Below, piece after piece: positions 1 through 8,362 of a DNA stretch of 64,000 nucleotides. Both the position numbers and the translations under genes were made by a program. Origin of the DNA: Candidatus Poribacteria bacterium (GTDB lineage: Bacteria; Poribacteria; WGA-4E; PCPOR2b); the NCBI GenBank assembly GCA_965116925.1, contig OZ220744.1, forward strand, positions 3,776,001-3,840,000. The letters are read 5' to 3'. Numbering within the stretch: the first letter of the stretch is position 1; every line of letters starts with the position of its first letter. The notes beneath the pieces were generated by a model that did no database searches, was not told the DNA's origin, and worked only from the letters and a program-made list of their open reading frames with translations.

Positions 1-27
1 GTCATAAATTCAAATGCATTCACGGAG

Positions 28-70
28 AAAGCCCATATCCAGTGAGAATTGGTGTGGGCTTTTTTATTTT
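28..70 (+). terminator. Rho-independent terminator of an upstream gene
   Basis: AAAGCCCATA...TGTGGGCTTT stem followed by a T-run. Confidence 0.65.
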
Positions 71-124
71 CGTTGAGTAACGAAACCCACACGATTGTGC
101 TACAGACATTGGTTTAATCACCGC

Positions 125-154
125 TTGTCAACCGAGACCGCTTCATGCTATAAT
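125..154 (+). promoter_or_regulatory. Putative sigma-70 promoter of argH
   Basis: TTGTCA-18 bp-TATAAT with extended -10 TG. Confidence 0.55.
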
Positions 155-229
155 ACCGCCCAATCCAATGCCGTAAAATAAGAGGTTTTACGAACTTTCA
201 CCACTTCCCATCTTCGGGGCTGGCCAACG

Positions 230-1741
230 ATGAACACTTCTACCAAACTCTGGGGCGGGCGATTTCGCTCCGAGGTGTCAACTGAAACTGAAGACTTCAC
301 ACAGTCCATTGATGTCGATTCACGCTTGGTCCCACATGACATCTGGGGCAGTCAAGTCCACGCTATCATGTTGGCACGGCAAGGAATTATCTCTGATGAT
401 GATCTCCGGCAGATCTTGCATTGGCTGGGCAAGGCGGAATCGGATTTCCGTGATGGGAAGTTTGTCCTCAAACCTGAAAAAGAAGATGTCCACATGAATG
501 TGGAGTCCTACCTCATCGAAGGTGCCGGAAGTGAGTATGGCGGAAAACTTCACACCGCTCGGTCTCGAAATGATCAGGTACTTGTCGATGCACATCTCTA
601 TATCCGCGAACAGCTCCTCGACACACAGCAGGGGGTATCCCATTTGTGTCGTGCGTTTCTCTCTATCGCACAGGAACACACCGAAACGGTCATGCCGGGC
701 TATACGCATACACAACACGCACAGCCAATCAGCCTTGGGTTTTGGGCGACAGCCTACGTCAGCATGGTTCTCCGGGATCAGAAGCGGTTGAATACAGCTT
801 ACGACCTTGCCAATCTCAATCCACTCGGCGCTTGTGCGCTCGCAGGGACCTCCTTCTCAATCGATCGAAACTTGACAACCGAGTTGCTCGGTTTTGATAG
901 GACGCATGAACATGCGTTGGATGTAATTAGCTCCCGCGATTTTATCGCTGAACCGCTTTTTGCGCTGACACTGCTGATGACCACCCTCTCAAGGCTTGGT
1001 GAGGAGATTGTTTACTGGACAACTTATGAATTTAACATCGCAACGCTTGATGATGCGTATGCGACGGGCAGCTCGATCATGCCTCAGAAAAAGAACGCCG
1101 ACATCGCGGAATTGACACGTGGACGGACGGGGAAGGTTTATGCAGCCCTTATGGACCTCTTGACGAATCTCAAAGGGTTGCCTACAGGATATAATCGCGA
1201 TCTCCAAGAGGACAAACCACCGCTGTGGGGTGCGTTTGATGTGGTTCAATCTTGCTTGGGGATTCTGCCCGGTCTTCTTGAGACACTCGACTTCAACACA
1301 GATCGGTTGGAACTGCTCGCCAATGCGAACTTCGCAACGGCAACAGAGCTAGCCAATTTCCTCGTTAGCGAACAGGGCTTGCCATTCCGAGAGTGTCACG
1401 GGATAGTTGGGAGCGTCGTGGAGGGCTTGGCGAAACGGGAGAAAACCTTTGGAGATTGGCAGGAAACGCAAGAGTTGTTGCGTTCCGAAGGTATTGACCT
1501 ATCCATCGCGCAACTCCAGTGCATTCTTGATCCGACACTTTCCCTCCACAATAACCGGAGTCTCGGCGGCACATCGCCCACGGAGGTGAAGCGAATGGTG
1601 GGTGAGTTTGAGAAAAGACTGAGCGAAATCGACAGCCAAATCCGCTCGCGGCAGGAGCAGATTAATACCGCTTACCAGAAAACACTTAGGATTATTGAAC
1701 AGGTGCTAGAGGGTAGAGCGATTGCAGAGGTCAATTTTTAA
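230..1741 (+). CDS. argH: Argininosuccinate lyase
   Basis: KLWGGRF N-terminus, LHTARSRNDQV, MPGYTH, GSSIMPQKKN signature, GYNRDLQEDK. Confidence 0.97.
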   Translation: MNTSTKLWGGRFRSEVSTETEDFTQSIDVDSRLVPHDIWGSQVHAIMLARQGIISDDDLRQILHWLGKAESDFRDGKFVLKPEKEDVHMNVESYLIEGAGSEYGGKLHTARSRNDQVLVDAHLYIREQLLDTQQGVSHLCRAFLSIAQEHTETVMPGYTHTQHAQPISLGFWATAYVSMVLRDQKRLNTAYDLANLNPLGACALAGTSFSIDRNLTTELLGFDRTHEHALDVISSRDFIAEPLFALTLLMTTLSRLGEEIVYWTTYEFNIATLDDAYATGSSIMPQKKNADIAELTRGRTGKVYAALMDLLTNLKGLPTGYNRDLQEDKPPLWGAFDVVQSCLGILPGLLETLDFNTDRLELLANANFATATELANFLVSEQGLPFRECHGIVGSVVEGLAKREKTFGDWQETQELLRSEGIDLSIAQLQCILDPTLSLHNNRSLGGTSPTEVKRMVGEFEKRLSEIDSQIRSRQEQINTAYQKTLRIIEQVLEGRAIAEVNF

Positions 1742-1748
1742 TAAGGGA

Positions 1749-1911
1749 TAGGACTTACGCACTTCAGTAGGGAACGCAGATCTGCGTTCCCTACGAATCC
1801 CTTATGGAATCTCTGTTGTAGTTGCCCGATGAATCGGGCGTTGGGACGGGTGTGCAGAGGCGATAAATCGCCGAACTACAAAACGTTGAACATTCAACTG
1901 CGTAACTCCTA
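1749..1911. mobile_element. TA-bounded MITE-like element containing GTAG palindromes
   Basis: Terminal inverted repeats TAGGACTTACGCA (1749-1761) / TGCGTAACTCCTA (1899-1911), 1 mismatch; internal perfect 28-bp palindrome 1767-1794 and an inverted pair of GTAG hairpins (1818-1840, 1859-1879). Confidence 0.7.
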
Positions 1912-1924
1912 AAGGGAGAGAAAA

Positions 1925-3454
1925 ATGAGGATTGGTATCGCTGGTCTTCATCATGAGACCAACACCTTTGCTTTAGAACAGAACGATACTATGGATACTG
2001 TCCATGTCCAGCGTGGAGAAACTCTGATCGCTACACACCCCAAGAATTTTATCGGCGGTTTTGTAGAAGGCGCCAAGCGAGGCGACGTAGAACTGGTTCC
2101 CACCGTCAGAATTGGCTTCGCCCACGGCGGCATCATCCATGCCGAAGTTTACCGGCGCTGTCGTGATATGATTGTGACAGGCTTGCAGCAGGCGGGACCG
2201 TTAGATGGCGTCTACTTCGCGCTTCATGGAGCGATGGTCGCAGAAGCACCCTATACCGATGCTGAAGGCGAACTGGTGCGGGAAGCGCGGCGGGTTCTAG
2301 GGGATATTCCTATGGTCGGTACTTACGACTTTCACGCTATCATGAGTGACGAGGAGGTTGAAGCACTCGTTCCTTTTCCTAATAACACCAATCCCCATAT
2401 TGACGGTTATGAGCGGGGATTGGAGGCGGCGGAATGTCTACTCCAAACGTTAGATGGCAAAATTAATCCGGTTACCCATCGAGTGTTTGTGCCGATCATT
2501 GGCCCCAATATCGGTCAAAGCACTTGGTCACACTTGCCGCAAGAGGAGCAAGGACTGCTACTCTATCAGTTGAACGAAAAGCGAGCGGAGATGGAAAAGA
2601 CCCCCAAGGTAATCAATATCACCATTCTCGGCGGCTACGGGTACGGTGATTCTGCGGATGCCGGTATGTCAATCATAGCGACGACTGACGGCGACCCGGA
2701 ACTCGCCAAACGACTGGCTCAAGAGTTGGCAAGGGATCTGTGGGAGCAACGGGAGCAATTGAAAATGGTGCGCCCGATACAATCTATTGATGCGGGAGTA
2801 AAAATGGCAATGGCTGATCCGCGAAAGCCGATTCTCTTGGTGGACTTAGGTGATGACCCCGGCAGTGCCTGTCCCGCCGATAGTCCGGCCGTGCTGGAAA
2901 GTCTGCTTCGTTGTGGGGCGCAGGATTGTGCACTCACTATCCGTGATGCAGAAGTGGTGCGCGCAGGCATAGCAGCCGGAGTAGGCGCAGAACTCAACAT
3001 CACCGTGGGGGGCAAGATTGACCAACGCTTCTACCAACCGCTGCAAATAACGGCTCAGGTCAAGTCTATTGACGATGGCAGGTACATGATCTGTGGTCCC
3101 ACACATGGTGGTTGGGGTCGTGAAGTCAACGAGGAAGCGTTTCGTGAGGCAAATGTGGGTAAGCGGGTTGTGCTGCGCACCGGGAATAAAATCGACGTTA
3201 TCTGCTCCCAACGAGGGACCGGCAAGGACCGAGATTTTTTCAAGAGTGCCGGTATCCTGTTGGAGGAGAAACAGATCCTCGTTGTCAAATCCAATCAAGC
3301 CCATCGCGCCTCCTTTGATCCGGTCGTTGCTGGCACCATAGAGCTAAACACCCCTGGTGTCAGCACTGTGAACTACGCTAGCCTCCCCTATCGCTACCTA
3401 CACCGCCCGATTTGGCCCATTGATGAGACGATGGATTGGCTGCCTTCTGCGTAG
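1925..3454 (+). CDS. M81 family metallopeptidase (MlrC-like)
   Basis: HETNTF, LHGAMV, DFHA, PHID, C-terminal VVKS..AHRASF and PIWP motifs. Confidence 0.9.
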   Translation: MRIGIAGLHHETNTFALEQNDTMDTVHVQRGETLIATHPKNFIGGFVEGAKRGDVELVPTVRIGFAHGGIIHAEVYRRCRDMIVTGLQQAGPLDGVYFALHGAMVAEAPYTDAEGELVREARRVLGDIPMVGTYDFHAIMSDEEVEALVPFPNNTNPHIDGYERGLEAAECLLQTLDGKINPVTHRVFVPIIGPNIGQSTWSHLPQEEQGLLLYQLNEKRAEMEKTPKVINITILGGYGYGDSADAGMSIIATTDGDPELAKRLAQELARDLWEQREQLKMVRPIQSIDAGVKMAMADPRKPILLVDLGDDPGSACPADSPAVLESLLRCGAQDCALTIRDAEVVRAGIAAGVGAELNITVGGKIDQRFYQPLQITAQVKSIDDGRYMICGPTHGGWGREVNEEAFREANVGKRVVLRTGNKIDVICSQRGTGKDRDFFKSAGILLEEKQILVVKSNQAHRASFDPVVAGTIELNTPGVSTVNYASLPYRYLHRPIWPIDETMDWLPSA

Positions 3455-3602
3455 TGTCTATGGGGAATTTGCTATCATTCAATCAACTCCGGCTGTGTCA
3501 AGAAAATAACTCAGAGTTTGTGCTTTTGGACATTAATTTGTCAGTTCCGATACTGATGCTAACAAGCTAATGATTGTACAGAGTTAGAACAGGAGATTGC
3601 TG

Positions 3603-4430
3603 ATGGAACAGCAACCACGAGAAAAATATCAACTCACCCTTGATCAGCGGCACTTCTTTGGAACACAAGGCTATCTGAAAGTTGAAGGATTGCTGAGTGA
3701 AGAAGACCTTCGTGAACTTGACCGTCATTCGATGGATATGGCGATGGGGAAGGTCGACTTCAGCCAACTGGAAGGAGTTACACCGAGAAGCGAGGGTAAC
3801 ACCCCTGCGGATATGGAGGATAAGTTCTTCCGCTTCATCCAGTTCCACCGGCACTTGACAATCCATGAGCGGTTTCTGCTACATCTCCGCATCCTTGATG
3901 TGCTTGAGACCTTGATTGGTCCCGATGTAATGGCGATGCAGTCAATGCTTTTCCTAAAGCCTCCGAAAAAATCCGGTCAGGCTTATCACCAAGATTCCTT
4001 TTACATCAAAACTGCCCCGGATACGTTGTGCGGAGCTTGGATAGCGATCGATGATTGCGATGAGGAGAACGGCTGCATGTATGTTGTTCCCGGTTCTCAC
4101 CTACACCCAATTTATGAGGAGGTAGCACTACCGGACAATACCGACGATTTTCAGGAAAGGCTGACCGAAATTGTCGGTGTAAAAGAAGGTAGCGAAGTAC
4201 CGGCGACCGCCAATGCCGGAGATGTCATCTTCTTCCATGGTCACCTTATCCATAGATCTAAGCAGAATCGATCAAAAGACCGATTTCGGCGGGCGTACGT
4301 CTGCCACTATGCCAACGCTCGATCTTATACCGAATGGGGCGAGGGCAATCAGAACCATATTCTTGCTCGCGGGTCAACGCATTTGCCGTTTGCGACACCT
4401 CGCTTTGTTACGCATGACCCGCTTGAGTAG
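3603..4430 (+). CDS. Phytanoyl-CoA dioxygenase family protein (PhyH)
   Basis: HQD iron motif, WIAIDD..EENGC..VPGSH, GDVIFFHGHLIHRS; SD AGGAG before ATG 3603. Confidence 0.9.
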   Translation: MEQQPREKYQLTLDQRHFFGTQGYLKVEGLLSEEDLRELDRHSMDMAMGKVDFSQLEGVTPRSEGNTPADMEDKFFRFIQFHRHLTIHERFLLHLRILDVLETLIGPDVMAMQSMLFLKPPKKSGQAYHQDSFYIKTAPDTLCGAWIAIDDCDEENGCMYVVPGSHLHPIYEEVALPDNTDDFQERLTEIVGVKEGSEVPATANAGDVIFFHGHLIHRSKQNRSKDRFRRAYVCHYANARSYTEWGEGNQNHILARGSTHLPFATPRFVTHDPLE

Positions 4431-4473
4431 CGTTCCAGTTTCGATTTTTAGGTATACCAATTCGCTCCGTTGA

Positions 4474-4640
4474 AACTTGGAAAGGAGATTTCGGTCAGTT
4501 ACCCCGCCCTGAAGGGACGGGGCTTGTTTGAAACGTCCGTCCAACGGGTCTTACAAGGTTCTGCGCTTCTGTCCCCTGACGGGGGATTTCGGGGTCGTTT
4601 GCAACCGACGCACCTCCACGCAAGGCTACAGCAGCCTTTT
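4474..4640 (-). ncRNA. Predicted omega RNA (scaffold plus ~20-nt guide) of TnpB element 1
   Basis: Hairpins overlapping the tnpB 3' end up to the right end; guide inferred from flank (CGAAAUCUCCUUUCCAAGUU); 5' boundary approximate. Confidence 0.6.
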
Positions 4641-5721
4641 TGATATTTATCGCGGCGTTATGGTCTCTATTGAGGACCAACCCACAATGGGGGCAATCAT
4701 GGAGACGATCCGACAACTGTTTAGGCACAACTTCATTACAACCGGAGCATTGCTGACTGGTATGGTGAGGTTTCACTTTCGTGAACTGCTTGCCGGCACT
4801 TGCAGCCTTGCTTTGCAGTTTCAATCGAAAGCTACCCCATCCCGCGTCAGATATACTCTTGGCGAGGTAGTGGTTCTTCAACATATTGGTGATGGTCAAG
4901 TTCTCTACAGCGACCTCATCACATCGTTCAAGGAGACGATGGGCTGCCTTGAACTGAAAATCCTTGCGCTGATTCACTATCCGTTCATGGCAACGGGCGA
5001 CAATCTCACGTTGTTTTGCTCGGCGGCGGCTCCCCTTTTTGCGGCGAGACAATACGCATTGATGTTTGCCAAGCTTCTTTTCGGATTTACGATAATGGCG
5101 GAGGTTTGGGATATGTTCGCCATCAGAATCGACAGCAAACGAGTTAAGTCCCACGTCTACGCCAATCGTCGTGTGGACAGGGACTTCTATAGGGGCTGGC
5201 ACTTCGACGCAGATAGTTACATACCAACCGCTGGCTCGCTTGATGACCGTCAGATTCTTGATGTTGCCGTCAGGTAAAGGACGGTGATAACGAATCTTGA
5301 GGTGTCCTATTTTCGGAACAACGACTTTGGCAAACTTACGATGTACACTCCGGACCAGCTGCTTGGACAGGTGGCTAAAGGTCATTGACCGGTATCGCCC
5401 TTCGCCTTTGAAGCGGGGGAAGCCCGGTGCCGCCCCGTTCTTGGCACGGCGGAAGAATGCTTTGTACGCTTTATCCAAACGGCGCATCGCATCTTGGAGA
5501 ACATCCGCGTGAAGTCCTGCAAATGCCTTGGATGCTGCTTTCAAGTCAGGTAAGGCGTTGGCTTGGGTCGTCCATTTGACAGAATCGTTATTTTTCTGGT
5601 AAGCGTCTATCCGCCACGCTAACGCTTGATTGTAGAGATTTCGCAACAAGGCAAGCCAAAACAAAAAAGTATGTCGCTGTTTCGTCGTAGGATAGGCGCG
5701 ATATTCATAAGTCTTTTTCAT
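4495..5721 (-). CDS. tnpB: RNA-guided endonuclease TnpB with canonical RuvC triad
   Basis: KTYEYRAYPT HTH start, PRFK, GVDVGL (D), VAVENL (E), CSGC/CPHC zinc finger, NRDHNAAINI (D); start 5721 chosen by analogy with element 2. Confidence 0.93.
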   Translation of the reverse strand: MKKTYEYRAYPTTKQRHTFLFWLALLRNLYNQALAWRIDAYQKNNDSVKWTTQANALPDLKAASKAFAGLHADVLQDAMRRLDKAYKAFFRRAKNGAAPGFPRFKGEGRYRSMTFSHLSKQLVRSVHRKFAKVVVPKIGHLKIRYHRPLPDGNIKNLTVIKRASGWYVTICVEVPAPIEVPVHTTIGVDVGLNSFAVDSDGEHIPNLRHYRKSEKKLGKHQCVLSRRKKGSRRRAKQREIVARCHERIVNQRKDFQFKAAHRLLERCDEVAVENLTITNMLKNHYLAKSISDAGWGSFRLKLQSKAASAGKQFTKVKPHHTSQQCSGCNEVVPKQLSDRLHDCPHCGLVLNRDHNAAINIKKAAVALRGGASVANDPEIPRQGTEAQNLVRPVGRTFQTSPVPSGRGN

Positions 5722-5847
5722 GCTGGTTAGCTTTCTGGCTTTCATTCCTTTTCTACGAGGTGTAGGGGACATCCCGAAGGGTTCGGGATGGTAGAAATCC
5801 CCTACGAAAGCCATAAGAACTGTACCATATTTCACACAACTTTTCAA
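5722..5847 (-). promoter_or_regulatory. tnpB1 promoter plus pseudoknotted 5' leader
   Basis: TTGAAA-17-TACAGT with extended TG; four complementary segment pairs between 5736 and 5813. Confidence 0.7.
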
Positions 5848-5908
5848 CGAAAAAGGAGCGCAGTTTCCTCCCCGCTCTAAAGAATGGGGGCTCCACTGCG
5901 AAGATTTG

Positions 5909-6760
5909 ATGAACAATCAAGATGTCAAACTGACGGATCAGCAGATCAATTTTTTTCAGACCTTCGGTTATCTAAGCTTCCCCGGATTCTTGGCAGACCG
6001 TAGCGAGGAAATCATCAATGCGTTTGAAGCGGTTTGGGCGGAACGTGGAGGAGGCCATAACGGGAAACCCCACGAGGGGACAGCACGCTCCTGTATCGTT
6101 CCGTTCATCGATCAGAGCGAATATTTATCGTCTCTGTTAGATGACCCCCGTATATTGAGAATAGCGACCACGCTTCTCGGTGACGACTTCAACTATATGG
6201 GCAGCGATGGGAACTACTACGTCGGAGATACGCGCTGGCATTCTGATGGGGGACACAAACCGGAGGATCCTACCCACCTCAAAATTGCATTTTACCTCGA
6301 TCATCTAACCCGTGACACCGGTGCCCTGCGCGTCATTCCCGGCAGCCATCTCTTTGGGGATGGTTACGCGGATCGGCTTCAGGAGGAGATTCGGGAGAGT
6401 GAAGCAGACTGGGGCGTTCATGGCAAGGATGTGCCAGCAATCGCATTCGAGACGCAGCCGGGGGATGTGGTGTGTTTCAATCACAATACCAAGCACGCTG
6501 CGTTTGGCGGCGGCACACGCCGACGGATGTTTACCATGAACCTTTGTGAACGTTATCCCGAAAATCGTTTGGAGGACCTACGCACCTACATCGGCAACTC
6601 AGCGCGGTTCTGGATCGACCGCAAATATGGTCCGAAGATGGTAGGTACTGCGGGCCCTGAACGGATAGTGCACTTAGAACAGGTGATGGCTAACGATGGG
6701 CATCTCGCTGAGCTTTCACGTAAAGCGCAGGAAACAATGAGCGAACCTTCGCGTGGGTAA
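5909..6760 (+). CDS. Phytanoyl-CoA dioxygenase family protein (PhyH)
   Basis: WHSD, YLD..T..TGALRVIPGSH, QPGDVVCFNHNTKHA. Confidence 0.9.
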   Translation: MNNQDVKLTDQQINFFQTFGYLSFPGFLADRSEEIINAFEAVWAERGGGHNGKPHEGTARSCIVPFIDQSEYLSSLLDDPRILRIATTLLGDDFNYMGSDGNYYVGDTRWHSDGGHKPEDPTHLKIAFYLDHLTRDTGALRVIPGSHLFGDGYADRLQEEIRESEADWGVHGKDVPAIAFETQPGDVVCFNHNTKHAAFGGGTRRRMFTMNLCERYPENRLEDLRTYIGNSARFWIDRKYGPKMVGTAGPERIVHLEQVMANDGHLAELSRKAQETMSEPSRG

Positions 6761-6814
6761 GTTCTCCGCTAGTGTAGCGCGTTCATCCTCTCATTTCACA
6801 CAACTACGATTTGT

Positions 6815-6853
6815 GTTCAGGGGTTCAAGGGTTGTTAAACCCCTGAACTTTTT
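6815..6853 (+). terminator. Rho-independent terminator
   Basis: GTTCAGGGGTT/AACCCCTGAAC stem then TTTTT, between convergent genes. Confidence 0.65.
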
Positions 6854-6871
6854 GTAGCATTCATAGGTCGG

Positions 6872-7912
6872 CTAAAAAGCTGACTGCACCCTTTCCGCCT
6901 TCCCGCTCCTTGCAGACCGCTCGCAGGCATCTAACACAGCGATGACCTTCGTACCGACCTCTGCGTTAATTAGTGGCTGTTTGTTGTGCTTGAGGCAGTC
7001 TTCAAAATGTAGCATATAACGCACCACTTCACCGATATGTCCAACATCGGCAATCTCATCTGTCCCTATAGAAGCGGCCTCTTCGACGGGGATGATGCTG
7101 CGATGGTCATCATCGAAAATCGCATCCCCATTGACAACACTGCCGGCAGTTCCGTAGACCGATAGCCCTAGCATTGGCATCGGTGCATGACAGAGACCGT
7201 AAAGCCCTAGGACACGGCCGAGCCGCCCATCCTCATAGATTAGATTGACCATCCAGTTGTCGTTGAAATGTCCCTCACCTGACGGATATCGCTCATCAAT
7301 TCCGCTTTCATGGGCAATCGCATGTACGGCACTGGGGAAACCGAGAAACCAGATAATCAGATCCATTGGATGACACAGTCCGCCGTAGAGCGTTTTCTGA
7401 GGCATCTGGTGTCTCCACGGTGTCGCTGTTAGCACGCTGCGCATATCATGGACATAATGGGCTTCGACTGCGACGATATTGCCAAGTTTGCCAGCTTCCA
7501 TTAATCGGTGCGTGTGCATAAAATCTGGTCGAAAGCGGCAGGTCTGTCCAACCATGAGTTTCAAACCGGTTTCCCGCGTCCTCTGCAATACACGAACCGC
7601 ATCGTCAAGGCTGTCAACAAACCCTTTTGTGCAGATTATATGCTTGCCACAATCGAGAGCGTCAAGGCAGTGCTGTGCGTGAAGTGGATCCGGTGTGTAA
7701 ATGCCCACGATGTCGATTTCATCCCGCTGGAGGAGTTCCCGATAATCCATCGTTGCAAACGGAACATTATGTTCTGTACGGATGCTTTCCAGCCGATCCG
7801 CATCTGTATCGCAAATCCCCCGGATTTCCAGATCGGTATCGGGAATCTGTCGAATCCCAAACATCGACTTTCCCATCCCTAACCCAATAATCCCAACGCC
7901 AATTTTCTCCAT
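6872..7912 (-). CDS. Gfo/Idh/MocA family oxidoreductase
   Basis: GIIGLGMG Rossmann motif, YTPDPLHA, GKHIICTK; SD GGAGG before ATG 7912. Confidence 0.88.
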   Translation of the reverse strand: MEKIGVGIIGLGMGKSMFGIRQIPDTDLEIRGICDTDADRLESIRTEHNVPFATMDYRELLQRDEIDIVGIYTPDPLHAQHCLDALDCGKHIICTKGFVDSLDDAVRVLQRTRETGLKLMVGQTCRFRPDFMHTHRLMEAGKLGNIVAVEAHYVHDMRSVLTATPWRHQMPQKTLYGGLCHPMDLIIWFLGFPSAVHAIAHESGIDERYPSGEGHFNDNWMVNLIYEDGRLGRVLGLYGLCHAPMPMLGLSVYGTAGSVVNGDAIFDDDHRSIIPVEEAASIGTDEIADVGHIGEVVRYMLHFEDCLKHNKQPLINAEVGTKVIAVLDACERSARSGKAERVQSAF

Positions 7913-8071
7913 GTCTCTATCGCCTCCTGTTGTAGATGTCAAAATTACCCATTTTTCCCGCGAAAATGCGAAAATTGTTTCCACCTCAAAGTTGAGGATT
8001 ATATCATAGATTATGAATTGCATTACAAACAAAGACATTTTAATTTTATGTTACGAAAAACCCTTTAGGTC

Positions 8072-8177
8072 TATAGTAGATTTTAGAATTAATGAGACAC
8101 TGCAAATCGGCGCAGTTGGAAACAGCGCCTACCAGATGAGGAGCGAAAGTGTCTGTTTATTTTTTAAATTCACTATA
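8072..8177 (+). mobile_element. Correia-like MITE, copy 1, inserted in the left end of element 2
   Basis: TATAGTAGATTTTAGAA ... TTTTAAATTCACTATA termini; near-identical copy at 13337. Confidence 0.82.
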
Positions 8178-8236
8178 AATCCCAATCCTTTAGGTTTGGA
8201 GCATTTGGGGCGCAGCCTATACAGATTGCTTTAGCA

Positions 8237-8362
8237 TCGACTTTTCAGGAGAAATATGGTATACTTGTCCCGTCTTTCGGTGGGAAGGTTCGACACCATC
8301 GCACGGTGGTGCTTCCCACACCCTATCGAACAGGAAGACGAAAGACCGAAAGGACCCTCCCC
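8237..8362 (+). promoter_or_regulatory. tnpB2 promoter plus pseudoknotted 5' leader
   Basis: TCGACT-17-TATACT with extended TG; four complementary segment pairs 8272-8346. Confidence 0.7.

Larger units (their letters stand above)
4494..5908 (-). mobile_element. IS200/IS605-family non-autonomous (tnpB-only) element 1
   Basis: Right end (minus strand) CAAG-CCCCGTCCCTTCAGGGCGGGG-TAAC-TGAC; left end follows TTCAT and has a subterminal hairpin near 5862-5897; removing it rejoins an SD to an ATG. Confidence 0.88.

Noticed and set aside
5722..5916. N-terminal extension of the tnpB1 ORF, and likewise 8306-8362 for tnpB2
   Set aside because: These spans are IS end, promoter and structured leader; recognisable protein begins at the downstream ATG
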